43,721 bases of DNA from a bacterium (GCA_030695705.1 JAUYPS010000048.1:1-43721), one strand, 5' to 3'; positions 25,801 to 33,904 are shown, counted from the stretch's first letter. The notes: generated by a model from the letters alone, not told the origin. Numbers and translations are program-made.

Positions 25801-26446
25801 GGTTACCGTGCAGTCCTCACCTACGGCGAGCAATCCCCAAGCGTCTCAACCAAATTACTGCGCTTCCGGTCCGGCGGCCGCGGTTAGTTGGACATATTCT
25901 GATCCGAGTAATTCTCCCCAGTCGGCCTATCAGGTCCAAATTGACGATCAGTCCTCTTTCAATAGTCCGGAAGTCGACTCTGGGAGAATAACTTCTAGTA
26001 ACAACTCATATTCAAGTGGCCCAGGTATTCTTCAATTTAATACGACCTATGAGGCAAGGGTGAAGGTTTGGAACTCTCAAGGAGCAGAATCCGCTTGGGT
26101 TAAAAGTGGAAGCTTTAAAACTCCCAAACATGCCTACCCTCAACCCGATTTTATCTGGTCTCCTACCAATCCGGCCCAAAACCAAATTGTCCAATTTACA
26201 GACCAAACTATTTTCTTTGACTCGGGAGGGGTTGGCCAAAGAAGCTGGGCGTGGACTTTTGGAGATAGCCCCTCCTCAACTATTCAGAATCCCACTCATA
26301 CGTACGCCGACTCCGGTGTCTATACCGTAAACCTAACGGCTACCGATAAAGACGGCTATACTTGTGATTTTTCTCCGCCTCCAGGTAAAACTATTACCAT
26401 CAAACCGCCTATACCTATCTGGAAAGAAGTTTCTCCGAAGCCATAG
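22823..26446 (+). CDS. Large (1207-aa) cell-surface protein with tandem [FN3-like + PKD] modules
   Basis: The ATG at 22823 gives signal peptide MKKFLFILAVFIFALPIVASA. The listed ORF start at 22673 would overlap the previous gene. Two PKD domains (WAWNFGDGNTATQQNPSHAFTNSGSYTVTDTATDGDG; WAWTFGDSPSSTIQNPTHTYADSGVYTVNLTATDKDG) are each preceded by a homologous ~100-aa module. A poly-Pro linker is present. Confidence 0.85.
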   Translation: MKKFLFILAVFIFALPIVASADLSAGEIIEVDFSKPAEPACLTSNYKTAFTNDGTPIYYTLCDIHVGQYNEAFNQWSTKLIYAEGQPFPTINWSAKLTIVRPNTSNKITGIASFASYLVYADNLSIAECDAPANAGRSICLDVAHAPLGSADGNYQDTYTLTGNGVLHILDDQDLVNFGFDMGFTFDNPPSAPTQNISQNTAFTVNIKPASATLYVNPLSLSFSSAESKFRDTVWIQNFQKNGTGFTVNCTAENVTAGFTGLKYPCPTVNIKTAENFLMEVDQATAPQTGQTYEADIVITASPDSDTPGGVLNSPQTIHVSYVSSATPPQTCPTGYTGTYPNCVPPSGPGPATCTSNPVLTVDKTYIPNIGKDNAVTFTGTSSPTGQIYYWHGTDPGSSTDIYNGVADGTTNFSKLYNVSTQGTYTRYFTYTQSDGGACTSNTVTVTAAKPGGGPTSDISCSVSPSFDSSVPYQFKLSVNNAKSGYNYSWSAPCNWVANGAGYQTLDIDCGGQTGLFSATVTEAATGKSATCPNFCSGPDSTYCQSAPPPPPPGSDFLKAAKGTMQTFTDCDEEYPYSCFSYQQWRPVEPYASTIIWPAPLTLEDTDGRRAVGFKFDAGSYTFDGVRQRQFDCTGDGTYEKTLTVTQFTFPGDTTNAGSTTDGICNYPTAGTYTARARALDAGGGVALCATPGYVEKILCEGTATIKVGPVIPPTVTLTHSGTLYFKSGNQYILAWEVTHADSCVASSTPEHTNWKNGQSKSTLGGTQNIGGVNTTTIFHLTCTGPGGTVRSEPPAEIRVGSDYFKYPMNLTLPDYCASGPAATIAWEYNVPSSIYNGQSAYEVEIDDNANFNSPEIKTGKVLSSNQSYSTGVGVLQYNKTYNFHVRVWNDFNQPSPSGSTWSAPTTWDTPKHAYPTADYTFSPASPQSGSAVQFTDQTTFSGGGTRAWAWNFGDGNTATQQNPSHAFTNSGSYTVTDTATDGDGYSCSSSKTVTVQSSPTASNPQASQPNYCASGPAAAVSWTYSDPSNSPQSAYQVQIDDQSSFNSPEVDSGRITSSNNSYSSGPGILQFNTTYEARVKVWNSQGAESAWVKSGSFKTPKHAYPQPDFIWSPTNPAQNQIVQFTDQTIFFDSGGVGQRSWAWTFGDSPSSTIQNPTHTYADSGVYTVNLTATDKDGYTCDFSPPPGKTITIKPPIPIWKEVSPKP

Positions 26447-26464
26447 CGTTGCAAAGTTCCGTCA

Positions 26465-26496
26465 ATTAAAAACCCTGTTAACAGGGTTTTTAATTG
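26465..26496 (+). terminator. Rho-independent terminator
   Basis: aattaaaaaccctg-ttaa-cagggtttttaatt. Confidence 0.75.
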
Positions 26497-26530
26497 AAAA
26501 TAAAGCGATTTCGAGCTACCATTAAGTCAA

Positions 26531-27061
26531 ATGAACGGGAAAGAATTTATCACTCAAAATACCAAAGAAACCCAGAAATTGGGGGGGATTTTGGCTAAAG
26601 AAATCGTTAGCAAACCTTCTTCGGAAAAAGCAGCGGTTATTGGCTTGGAGGGGGAGTTAGGAGCAGGTAAGACCACCTTCATAAAAGGTTTCGCCAAGGC
26701 CTTGGGAATAAAAGAAAAGATCTTAAGCCCCACTTTTGTTTTGATTAAGTCATATAAAATCGGCAAATCAGCCATACATCCACTCGAAAATTCTCGAGCG
26801 ACAAGTCGAGGGTCGAGAGTGGGTGGTATGGCTGATTTGCCGACTAACGAATATAAATTTTTAGTGCACATCGAGGCCTATCGCTTAAAAGACCATCGGG
26901 GTTTGCTTCCTTTAGGAATTAAAGAAATTTTAGCCGATCCGCAAAACATTATTCTGATTGAATGGTCAGACCGGGTTGCAAAAATCCTTCCCAGGAAATA
27001 CATCAAAATACACGTAGATCATATTGAAGAAAATATTAGGAAAATAAGAATACGCACCTAA
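26531..27061 (+). CDS. tsaE: tRNA t6A37 biosynthesis ATPase TsaE, carrying an in-frame palindromic-element insertion
   Basis: GLEGELGAGKTTFIKGFAKAL (Walker A), SPTFVLIKSY and HIEAYRL. At 176 aa it is about 26 aa longer than usual because of element A2. Confidence 0.85.
   Translation: MNGKEFITQNTKETQKLGGILAKEIVSKPSSEKAAVIGLEGELGAGKTTFIKGFAKALGIKEKILSPTFVLIKSYKIGKSAIHPLENSRATSRGSRVGGMADLPTNEYKFLVHIEAYRLKDHRGLLPLGIKEILADPQNIILIEWSDRVAKILPRKYIKIHVDHIEENIRKIRIRT
26763..26840. repeat. Family A palindromic element, copy A2 (78 bp, in frame inside tsaE)
   Basis: gcaaatcagccatacatccactcgaaaattctcgagcgacaagtcgagggtcgagagtgggtggtatggctgatttgc. It is translated as (G)KSAIHPLENSRATSRGSRVGGMADL(P). Confidence 0.9.
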
Positions 27062-27062
27062 T

Positions 27063-27219
27063 ATTTTTCAAATATGGTTGAGCGGTGCAAATAAACGAAG
27101 GTTTTGGAAATCAAGCCGGTAACAAAAATTGGGTCGGATTCTTAGACGGGGTACCAATTTTTGTCGGCTTGATGACAAAATCGAGTATAATTTGCCCGCG
27201 AAGATATCTTGTAAAATAT
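27063..27219. repeat. Family D foldback element, copy D2 (between tsaE and polA)
   Basis: Same architecture as D1. The core 27107-27182 is about 94% identical to 4594-4680. It occupies almost the whole tsaE-polA spacer. Confidence 0.8.
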
Positions 27220-27238
27220 TAGGTAAGTATTCTTATTT

Positions 27239-29899
27239 ATGAAAAAGTTAATTTTAATCGACGCCAATGCTCTTGTTCACCGGGCTTTCCACGCTTTGCC
27301 TCCGCTTACTTCTCCGGAAGGAATGGTGGTCAATGCCGTTTACGGATTTACCTCGGTTCTAATCAAAGCGATTAAAGACATGAAGCCGGACTATATGGCG
27401 GCGGCCTTTGATTTGGCCGGGCCGACTTTCCGTCATGAGGAGTTTGAGGAGTACAAAGCGCATCGCGAAAAAGCGCCCGATGAACTTTATGCCCAGATTC
27501 CGGTAATTAAAGATATGCTTCGCTCTTTCGGGGTGGAAATATTTGAGCAGGCCGGATTTGAGGCCGACGATTTGATCGGTTCGGTGGCGGAAGAAGCCAA
27601 GAAAGTCAAAGATTTACAGACGGTCATCTTGACGGGGGACTTGGACACTCTTCAGCTGGTGGATGACGAAAAAGTGCTGGTTTTAACTTTGCGCAAAGGA
27701 GTGAGTGACACGGTTTTATACGACGAGAAAGCGGTTAAAGAGCGATACGGCTTAGAACCGTATCAGGTTACTGATTTTAAGGGACTGAAAGGCGATCCAT
27801 CCGACAACATTCCCGGCGTGTCCGGAATCGGAGACAAAACCGCCACGGCTTTGCTTCAAGAATACGAAACTATCGAAAATCTTTACAAAGTTATCCACAC
27901 GCCAGGTTGGACCTTGCAGAAGGGGAAGGGGGTGTTGACGGTTAAATTAGTTGAAAAACTTAAGGAACATCAGGAACAGGCCATTTTCAGTAAACGGCTG
28001 GCGACTATAATTCGGGACGTAAAAATTAATTTTTCCTTGGCGGGAATTGACTGGCAGAACAAGTTCAATCGGGAAGAAATTGTCAGGTTACTGAAGGGTC
28101 TTGGGTTCCACAGTATTTTGCCGCGCTTGAACAATCTTGGCGTCGGTCCGGAACCGGAAGCAGTTGTGCCTGTCCAGATTGGTTTAGAACTGGAAAACAA
28201 AGCAGATCCTAAGTTACCTGTTAAAGCATGCAAAAATGAAAAAGATATTAACGAATTTCTCGATAAATTAAAGCCGGACCAGCCAGTTTATATTTACTAC
28301 AGTGAAAATAACTTCTATTTTTTACAAAGTTATCCACATGCCAGGTTGGACCTGGTAAAGGTGCCGGTTAATTTGATAAAAAATCTCCGGTCATTTTTCG
28401 AAGATGAACAAATACCGAAAAGGGGATATAACTTAAAACCTCTGATTAAAGTACTTCTCGACCACGGCATTCATTTAAAAAATTTGGATTTTGATATTGC
28501 CGTGGCTGCTTATTTGTCGCGGTCTGAAACGCGTGACTATGAGATTGATAAAATTTATTTTACTGAATTTGGCCAGTCGTTATCCGACGGCCCCTTGGCG
28601 ACCATAACCGCTTTGCCCAAATTATATGATGTCTTTTGGGATAAACTTAAGACAAAAAACTTAAATAGGGTTTTTCAGGAAGTTGATCTGCCTTTAGTGC
28701 CGGTGTTGGCTGAAATGGAAAGAAACGGAATTAAAATCGATTTGGATGGCCTAAAGACCCTTTCTCAAAAAGTCGAAAAGGAAGTTATTAAATTAGAGAA
28801 AGAGATTTATAAAATGGCCGGTGAGGAATTTAATATCAGTTCCCCCCAGCAGCTGGGCAAAATATTATTTGATAAACTGCTTTTAAAAACCAAAGTGCGC
28901 AAGACGCTGGGAGGAGCGCGGTCTACTGCTGTCTCTGAACTGGAAAAACTAAGAGACGAACATCCGATTATTGAATTAATTATTCAATATCGCGAATTGC
29001 AGAAACTCAAGACCACTTATATTGAGCCGTTTCCTGTTTTGGTTAATGCCAAGGACCAGCGTCTCCACACCACTTACAATCAGATGGGTACGGTTACCGG
29101 CCGGCTTTCCAGCCAGGATCCGAACCTACAGAATATTCCTATTCGGACTGAGTTGGGCCAGGAATTTCGCCGGACTTTTGTAGCGGAAGACGGTTACGAA
29201 TTAATTTCCTTAGATTATTCCCAACTTGAACTTCGCATTGCCGCTTTTTTATCCGGCGACCAAAAAATGCTTGATGCTTTCAGAAGAGGAGAGGATATTC
29301 ATACCCGCACGGCGGTGGAAATTTTTGAAGTTTCTCCGGAAAAAGTCACCCCCAATATGCGGCGCGAAGCCAAGGCGCTGAACTTTGGCATTTTATACGG
29401 CATGGGGGTTTTGGGATTTGCCCGTTCGGCGGGAGTGGATCGTTTGCGGGCTAGGGAATTTATTACCAAATATTTCAAGGAATTTTCAGGAATGGCCCGC
29501 TATATTGAGCATCTGAAAGAACAAGTCAGGAAAAATGGCTTTGTAGAAACATATTTCGGACGACGAAGGGAGTTGCCGGAAATTAATTCCGGTCTGCCCC
29601 AACTGGTAGCCCAGGCGGAAAGGATGGCTTCCAATGCCCCTATTCAGGGCACGGAGGCGGATATAATGAAACTGGCCATGATTAAGGTTTATGATTACGT
29701 TCATGCCGGTCATTTAGAAAGTGAAGCTCGCATTTTGCTTCAAGTCCACGATGAGCTATTATGTGAGGTGAAAGAGGAGAAAGCTCGGGAATTATCCTTA
29801 AAATTCAAGGAAATCATGGAGAAGGTCTGGGAGGTAGATGTGCCGATTATTGTTGACGTTAAAATAGGTAAAAACTGGGCGGAAATGAAAAAAATATAA
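27239..29899 (+). CDS. polA: DNA polymerase I
   Basis: 886 aa. 5'-nuclease domain (LILIDANALVHRAFHAL; GDPSDNIPGVSGIGDKTA). Polymerase motifs DYSQLELRIAAFLSGD, RREAKALNFGILYG and QVHDELL. Confidence 0.97.
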   Translation: MKKLILIDANALVHRAFHALPPLTSPEGMVVNAVYGFTSVLIKAIKDMKPDYMAAAFDLAGPTFRHEEFEEYKAHREKAPDELYAQIPVIKDMLRSFGVEIFEQAGFEADDLIGSVAEEAKKVKDLQTVILTGDLDTLQLVDDEKVLVLTLRKGVSDTVLYDEKAVKERYGLEPYQVTDFKGLKGDPSDNIPGVSGIGDKTATALLQEYETIENLYKVIHTPGWTLQKGKGVLTVKLVEKLKEHQEQAIFSKRLATIIRDVKINFSLAGIDWQNKFNREEIVRLLKGLGFHSILPRLNNLGVGPEPEAVVPVQIGLELENKADPKLPVKACKNEKDINEFLDKLKPDQPVYIYYSENNFYFLQSYPHARLDLVKVPVNLIKNLRSFFEDEQIPKRGYNLKPLIKVLLDHGIHLKNLDFDIAVAAYLSRSETRDYEIDKIYFTEFGQSLSDGPLATITALPKLYDVFWDKLKTKNLNRVFQEVDLPLVPVLAEMERNGIKIDLDGLKTLSQKVEKEVIKLEKEIYKMAGEEFNISSPQQLGKILFDKLLLKTKVRKTLGGARSTAVSELEKLRDEHPIIELIIQYRELQKLKTTYIEPFPVLVNAKDQRLHTTYNQMGTVTGRLSSQDPNLQNIPIRTELGQEFRRTFVAEDGYELISLDYSQLELRIAAFLSGDQKMLDAFRRGEDIHTRTAVEIFEVSPEKVTPNMRREAKALNFGILYGMGVLGFARSAGVDRLRAREFITKYFKEFSGMARYIEHLKEQVRKNGFVETYFGRRRELPEINSGLPQLVAQAERMASNAPIQGTEADIMKLAMIKVYDYVHAGHLESEARILLQVHDELLCEVKEEKARELSLKFKEIMEKVWEVDVPIIVDVKIGKNWAEMKKI
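27890..27928. repeat. Family B element, copy B3 (inside polA; right arm decayed)
   Basis: gttatccacacgccaggttggaccttgcagaag... shares tttacaaaGTTATCCACA-GCCAGGTTGGACCT with copy B4. It is translated as VIHTPGWTLQKGKG. Confidence 0.6.
28329..28367. repeat. Family B element, copy B4 (inside polA, different reading frame; right arm decayed)
   Basis: gttatccacatgccaggttggacctggtaaaggtgcc..., translated as SYPHARLDLVKVP. Confidence 0.6.
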
Positions 29900-30870
29900 T
29901 GAGTCATAAAGCAAAAATTTTTATAATTGTTATGGTTGCTATTGTTTTAAGCATGATCGGAATAGTTTTTGGAACAAGAAATAATATTGAAATAGGAGGG
30001 GAATTGGCCGGCATGAGTTTGCCGGAGTCCGATCTATCCGGAGAAAGGTGTCAAAATGCCAAGCGGAGACCGGTAGCGGTCATGCTATCGTCTGATCCGG
30101 AAACCCGGCCTCTGTCGGGAATAGGAGAGGCGGATCTGGTTTTTGAAATGCCGGTGACCGATGGCGGAGTAACCAGAATGATGGCTGTTTTCCAGTGTGA
30201 ATTGCCAAGTGAAATCGGTTCAATCCGTTCAGCGCGGGAAGATTTTATTCCCTGGGTGCAGGGTTTGGGGGCGGTTTATGCGCATTGGGGAGGGGAGAAA
30301 GACGCTTTGAGCAAGCTTAACGGGGGAATTGTTGACAATATCGATGCCATGAAATACGAAGGGACTTATTATTACCGTAAAAATGACGTCCGTCCGCCGC
30401 ACAACGGCTTTACCAGTTTCCAATTGCTTGCCCAGGCCAGTGCCAAGTTGGGATACAACTTAGAAAAATCAGCCACCTCTTACAAGCACGAAAAGGGAAA
30501 AAGTTTAGAAATAACGGACCCCCCAGCTCTTTATGAAGGTAACTTTTCTGTGCAGTGGAGGTATCAGCAGGACAGTAATACTTATCGGCGCTGGCGTGGC
30601 GGGAAAGAGGAAATAGATCACAATACCTCTAAACAAGTTGAGGTCAGCAATGTGGTCTTACTAAAAACAACTTGGTCACCGATTAGCAAGGATTACATTA
30701 ATGTGAAAACAATCGGCTCCGGAGAAGCGGTTATTTATAAAAATGGAGAAGCGGTTAACGGCACTTGGGAAAAAAGAACCGCCACCGACTCCCTGGTTTT
30801 TTACGATTCCACCGGCCAGAAAATTAAATTCACCATCGGCGCTATCTGGATCGAAACCTTGATTAAATGA
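29899..30870 (+). CDS. DUF3048-family secreted/membrane-anchored protein
   Basis: N-terminal TM anchor. RPVAVMLSSDPETRPLSGIGEADLVFEMPVTDGGVTRMMAVFQ and PPHNGFTS match my memory of DUF3048. The start overlaps the polA stop (TAATG). Confidence 0.78.
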   Translation: MSHKAKIFIIVMVAIVLSMIGIVFGTRNNIEIGGELAGMSLPESDLSGERCQNAKRRPVAVMLSSDPETRPLSGIGEADLVFEMPVTDGGVTRMMAVFQCELPSEIGSIRSAREDFIPWVQGLGAVYAHWGGEKDALSKLNGGIVDNIDAMKYEGTYYYRKNDVRPPHNGFTSFQLLAQASAKLGYNLEKSATSYKHEKGKSLEITDPPALYEGNFSVQWRYQQDSNTYRRWRGGKEEIDHNTSKQVEVSNVVLLKTTWSPISKDYINVKTIGSGEAVIYKNGEAVNGTWEKRTATDSLVFYDSTGQKIKFTIGAIWIETLIK

Positions 30871-31760
30871 CCCTCTCACTCTATTATGGAACGGATAGTT
30901 TTCGAGTTAAGGAAGCAGTAGAGAAAAAGGCCGCTTCTTTTTTGGCTAAATACAAAGACGGTTTGGTGGAGAGGTTGGATTTTGAGAAGGAAAATTGTCT
31001 GGAAGAAGTGGAAAATATTTTGAAAAGACGCTCTTTTTTCAATGAGCCGGAATTAATAATCGTTTATGCCCATATTTCCGCCAAGGACTTGCCAAAAAAG
31101 AATAAAAAACTTTTTGAACTTTTAACCAAGAAAGCGGAAGAAACAAAAGAATTTGAAAGCATCAAAGGATCTGCCTTGGAAAAGTGGGCTTTGGAGAAAA
31201 TAACCCAAGCCGGTTTTAGCATAAAATCACTGGCTCTAAAAAAACTGATTCTTCGAGTTGTTTCGCAAGGGCAGTTGTCCCAGGAAATTGATAAGCTGAT
31301 CGCTTACCAAAGTTATCACGGCAAAAAGGAAATAGACGACCAAGCCCTAGTTATCCACTTACCAGGTTGGACCTGGAATGTGGATAACTTTGCTTTGATT
31401 GATGCTATTGGGTCTCGCGATATTAAAAAATCAGTAGCGCTTTTAAACCAAACCTTGGCTGATGGTATGGAGCCGCATGCTGTTTTGGGCCAAATTATTT
31501 ACCAATTCAGAAATTTGTTGAAGGTAAAGAGTTACACGGCTGCCGTGTATATACACGGCAGCCGTGTAACTGTCGAGAATATTGCTAAGCTAACCGGTCT
31601 GCATCCTTTTGTCGCTCAAAAAACCAGCCGACAAGCCAGACAGTTCGAGTTAGAAGAATTAAAAAAGGCCTATCGGTATTTATCGGAACTGGATATAACA
31701 TCAAAAACCGGCCAAGTTGATTTAACGGCCGGTTTGTTTCAGCTTTTATTGCAAATTTAG
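30867..31760 (+). CDS. holA: DNA polymerase III delta subunit (HolA-like), carrying two palindromic insertions
   Basis: 297 aa. The N-terminus LYYGTDSFRVKEAVEKK and overall layout are typical of short HolA proteins. The start overlaps the upstream stop (ATGA). Confidence 0.7.
   Translation: MTLSLYYGTDSFRVKEAVEKKAASFLAKYKDGLVERLDFEKENCLEEVENILKRRSFFNEPELIIVYAHISAKDLPKKNKKLFELLTKKAEETKEFESIKGSALEKWALEKITQAGFSIKSLALKKLILRVVSQGQLSQEIDKLIAYQSYHGKKEIDDQALVIHLPGWTWNVDNFALIDAIGSRDIKKSVALLNQTLADGMEPHAVLGQIIYQFRNLLKVKSYTAAVYIHGSRVTVENIAKLTGLHPFVAQKTSRQARQFELEELKKAYRYLSELDITSKTGQVDLTAGLFQLLLQI
31350..31388. repeat. Family B palindrome, copy B2 (39 bp = 13 codons, in frame inside holA)
   Basis: gttatccacttaccagg-ttgga-cctggaatgtggataac, with 2 mismatches in the 17-bp arms. 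Translated as VIHLPGWTWNVDN. Confidence 0.85.
31540..31579. repeat. Family C palindrome, copy C2 (perfect 20+20 bp, inside holA)
   Basis: gttacacggctgccgtgtat|atacacggcagccgtgtaac. Translated as (S)YTAAVYIHGSRVT. Confidence 0.85.
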
Positions 31761-31761
31761 G

Positions 31762-31790
31762 TTGACGGAAAACTGTTTTTAACTTACCCT
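31762..31790 (+). promoter_or_regulatory. Candidate promoter of the prkA cluster
   Basis: TTGACG (31762-31767), a 17-nt spacer, then TACCCT (31785-31790; weak -10). An RBS-rich stretch agaggaaagaggaaa precedes the ATG at 31830. Confidence 0.35.
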
Positions 31791-31829
31791 TTTTGTAAAG
31801 AACTTTTACAAGAGGAAAGAGGAAATAAA

Positions 31830-33893
31830 ATGGAGAAAATCAACTCAGAAAACGGAAGTTTGCTTTTTCATGTCCGGGAAGTGGCGAAAAAGCAGCGGCG
31901 GTTTGAAACGGCTGCCCAGAGCGTTTCCAGGATGATTTTGGAAAAAGGCCTGGAGAAGAGAATTCACGCCGGCCGGACAGTCTACGATTTCAATTTCTTT
32001 CGGCAAGGCAAAAAACACCTTATTGGTTGGTACGACGAAATCAACGATTTTGTTCACTTTATCAAAGATGCCGCCGAAGGTGGTTCGGCTGCTGAGATGG
32101 GATTTGTTCTGGTCGGTGAGCCCGGCAATGGCAAGACATTTTTTGTCGATTATATTTGCGAGTATTATCGGCGGTTTCTGGCCTTGCCGGAAAACCGGAG
32201 ATTTACTTTTAAATTTACCGGATTGGACAAAGCGCTTGGCTATAACGAAAAAGTTGCCGAGCTGGAGTCCTTGACTTTCGAAGATCCGATGATTATGGCG
32301 CTGAATCTGTTTGAAGAACGCAGCCAGACGGAATCTTGGCTTATCAAAGCCGGTTTCGGAGAAAAGTATCTGGAGGAGCTTTTTGACCTAAGACGGTCAT
32401 TGGGCGCTTCCTCCGAATATCTTTTATACGCCCTGAAAGAGCGTTTTGGCGGAGATATCGAAAAGTGTCTGGAGTATGTTAAAGTATTTCCTGTCCCAAT
32501 GCGGGAGAGTTTGGGAACGGTTACCGGCAAATACTCGGCCGGAGACAAGATTACCTCTTCAGGTACCGACCTGAAAGGAGAGGAATCGCTCCAGCATCTT
32601 CTTTTGCTCGGGTTGGACGATCCAAACAAGTTTGATTTGAAGCGCGGCGCTTTGGCGCGGGTGGCTGGTTCCGGTATTCATTTTGCCGATGAGCTTTTCC
32701 GCAACAAGAAAGATCTTGTCCAAATTTATCTGCAAGTCATTCAAAACCGAATTGTGGAAATATCCGCTTTTATCTGGCCGATTGATGTTCTGATTATCGG
32801 AACCAGCAATAACGACGCTTTCAATCAATTCATTTCGGATAAAGATGAGGCGCCGATTCATGATCGGTGCCGTATTTGCTACGTTTCTCACAATACCGAC
32901 CACAGGATTCAGATGAAGTTGACTTCTTACATTATTGGCGGAAAGAAACGGACTACCGTTTTAGGCAGTGAGATGCACGAGGATCCAAATTTGAATTACG
33001 CCGCTTCTGTCAGCGTGGTTTTGACTCGTCTTCCGCTATCAGAAAAACTTACCCCCGTTGAAACGATGAAATTGGCGGCAGGAGAAACGGCCGGTGAGAA
33101 GGGTAACAAAACTTTGAAAGAAGTTATTGATACCGTTAACGCTAATCCGGATGTTACGAAAAGATGGGGGCAAGGAGGCATCGGCTATCGCAATTTGGGC
33201 AAAACTATCCAGATTCTGGCCGCGATGCATGAGTCAAACGAAGGCAAATGTCTCTTCGCCAAGGACGTTTTCAAGGCATTCGAAAGAATCATCCTTGATT
33301 ATGTGCCGGAAGCATCACATCGCGACAAGTTTATGCAAGATCTGAAGATTGCCAGGAAACTTTACCGTGAACAGATCAAAACGGCCATTTTCAACGCTTA
33401 TCGCGATGACCCGCAGGCGATTCGTAAAGATGTAATGAGTTACGTTAATATGGTTATCGGCATGGACGCGGAAAATTTGGGTCCGGATAAAATGTGGAAA
33501 TACAAGGATCCGCAAACCGGCGAAATCAAGCCGATTAAAATTGATACGAATTATATTAATAGCGTTGAAAAACGCCTCGGTCTTGCTACCCAGGAACGGC
33601 ATGATTCGTTTCGAAATACGATTCGCAAAATTTATGGCCAGAAAGTAGCTACCGATCCGAATTACGATTTCATGGATAACCAGGAACTGGTCAAAGCTGT
33701 TACCGATGTCCGGTTGGAATCAGATGTGGCTGGTGCGGGTAGTTTGGTTGGCGCTTTGGCCAACCGGACCAATGAAGAAAATGTCAAAATCTATAACCGG
33801 ATGATTAAGACGATGCTTGAGAAGCTCGGCTACTGTCTGACTTGCGCCTCCGGGACCATTGAATACTATTGCGAAAAAGAAGATGAAAGCTGA
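31830..33893 (+). CDS. prkA: PrkA/YeaG-family AAA+-like serine protein kinase
   Basis: 687 aa. Walker A VGEPGNGKTFF. Collinear by eye with E. coli YeaG (e.g. ALARVAGSGIHFADELFRNKKDLVQIYLQVIQ... against ALCRANQGIMEFVEMFKAPIKVLHPLLTATQ; IHDRCRICYVSHN against FLDRVYIVKVPY). Confidence 0.88.
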   Translation: MEKINSENGSLLFHVREVAKKQRRFETAAQSVSRMILEKGLEKRIHAGRTVYDFNFFRQGKKHLIGWYDEINDFVHFIKDAAEGGSAAEMGFVLVGEPGNGKTFFVDYICEYYRRFLALPENRRFTFKFTGLDKALGYNEKVAELESLTFEDPMIMALNLFEERSQTESWLIKAGFGEKYLEELFDLRRSLGASSEYLLYALKERFGGDIEKCLEYVKVFPVPMRESLGTVTGKYSAGDKITSSGTDLKGEESLQHLLLLGLDDPNKFDLKRGALARVAGSGIHFADELFRNKKDLVQIYLQVIQNRIVEISAFIWPIDVLIIGTSNNDAFNQFISDKDEAPIHDRCRICYVSHNTDHRIQMKLTSYIIGGKKRTTVLGSEMHEDPNLNYAASVSVVLTRLPLSEKLTPVETMKLAAGETAGEKGNKTLKEVIDTVNANPDVTKRWGQGGIGYRNLGKTIQILAAMHESNEGKCLFAKDVFKAFERIILDYVPEASHRDKFMQDLKIARKLYREQIKTAIFNAYRDDPQAIRKDVMSYVNMVIGMDAENLGPDKMWKYKDPQTGEIKPIKIDTNYINSVEKRLGLATQERHDSFRNTIRKIYGQKVATDPNYDFMDNQELVKAVTDVRLESDVAGAGSLVGALANRTNEENVKIYNRMIKTMLEKLGYCLTCASGTIEYYCEKEDES

Positions 33894-33904
33894 AAAGTGA
33901 TAAA

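Noticed and set aside
25262-26405. Are the repeated modules in the surface protein a diversity-generating retroelement TR/VR pair?
   Set aside because: No reverse transcriptase gene is present in the window. The two modules differ at all base types rather than at adenine-specific positions, and both are in frame within one CDS.
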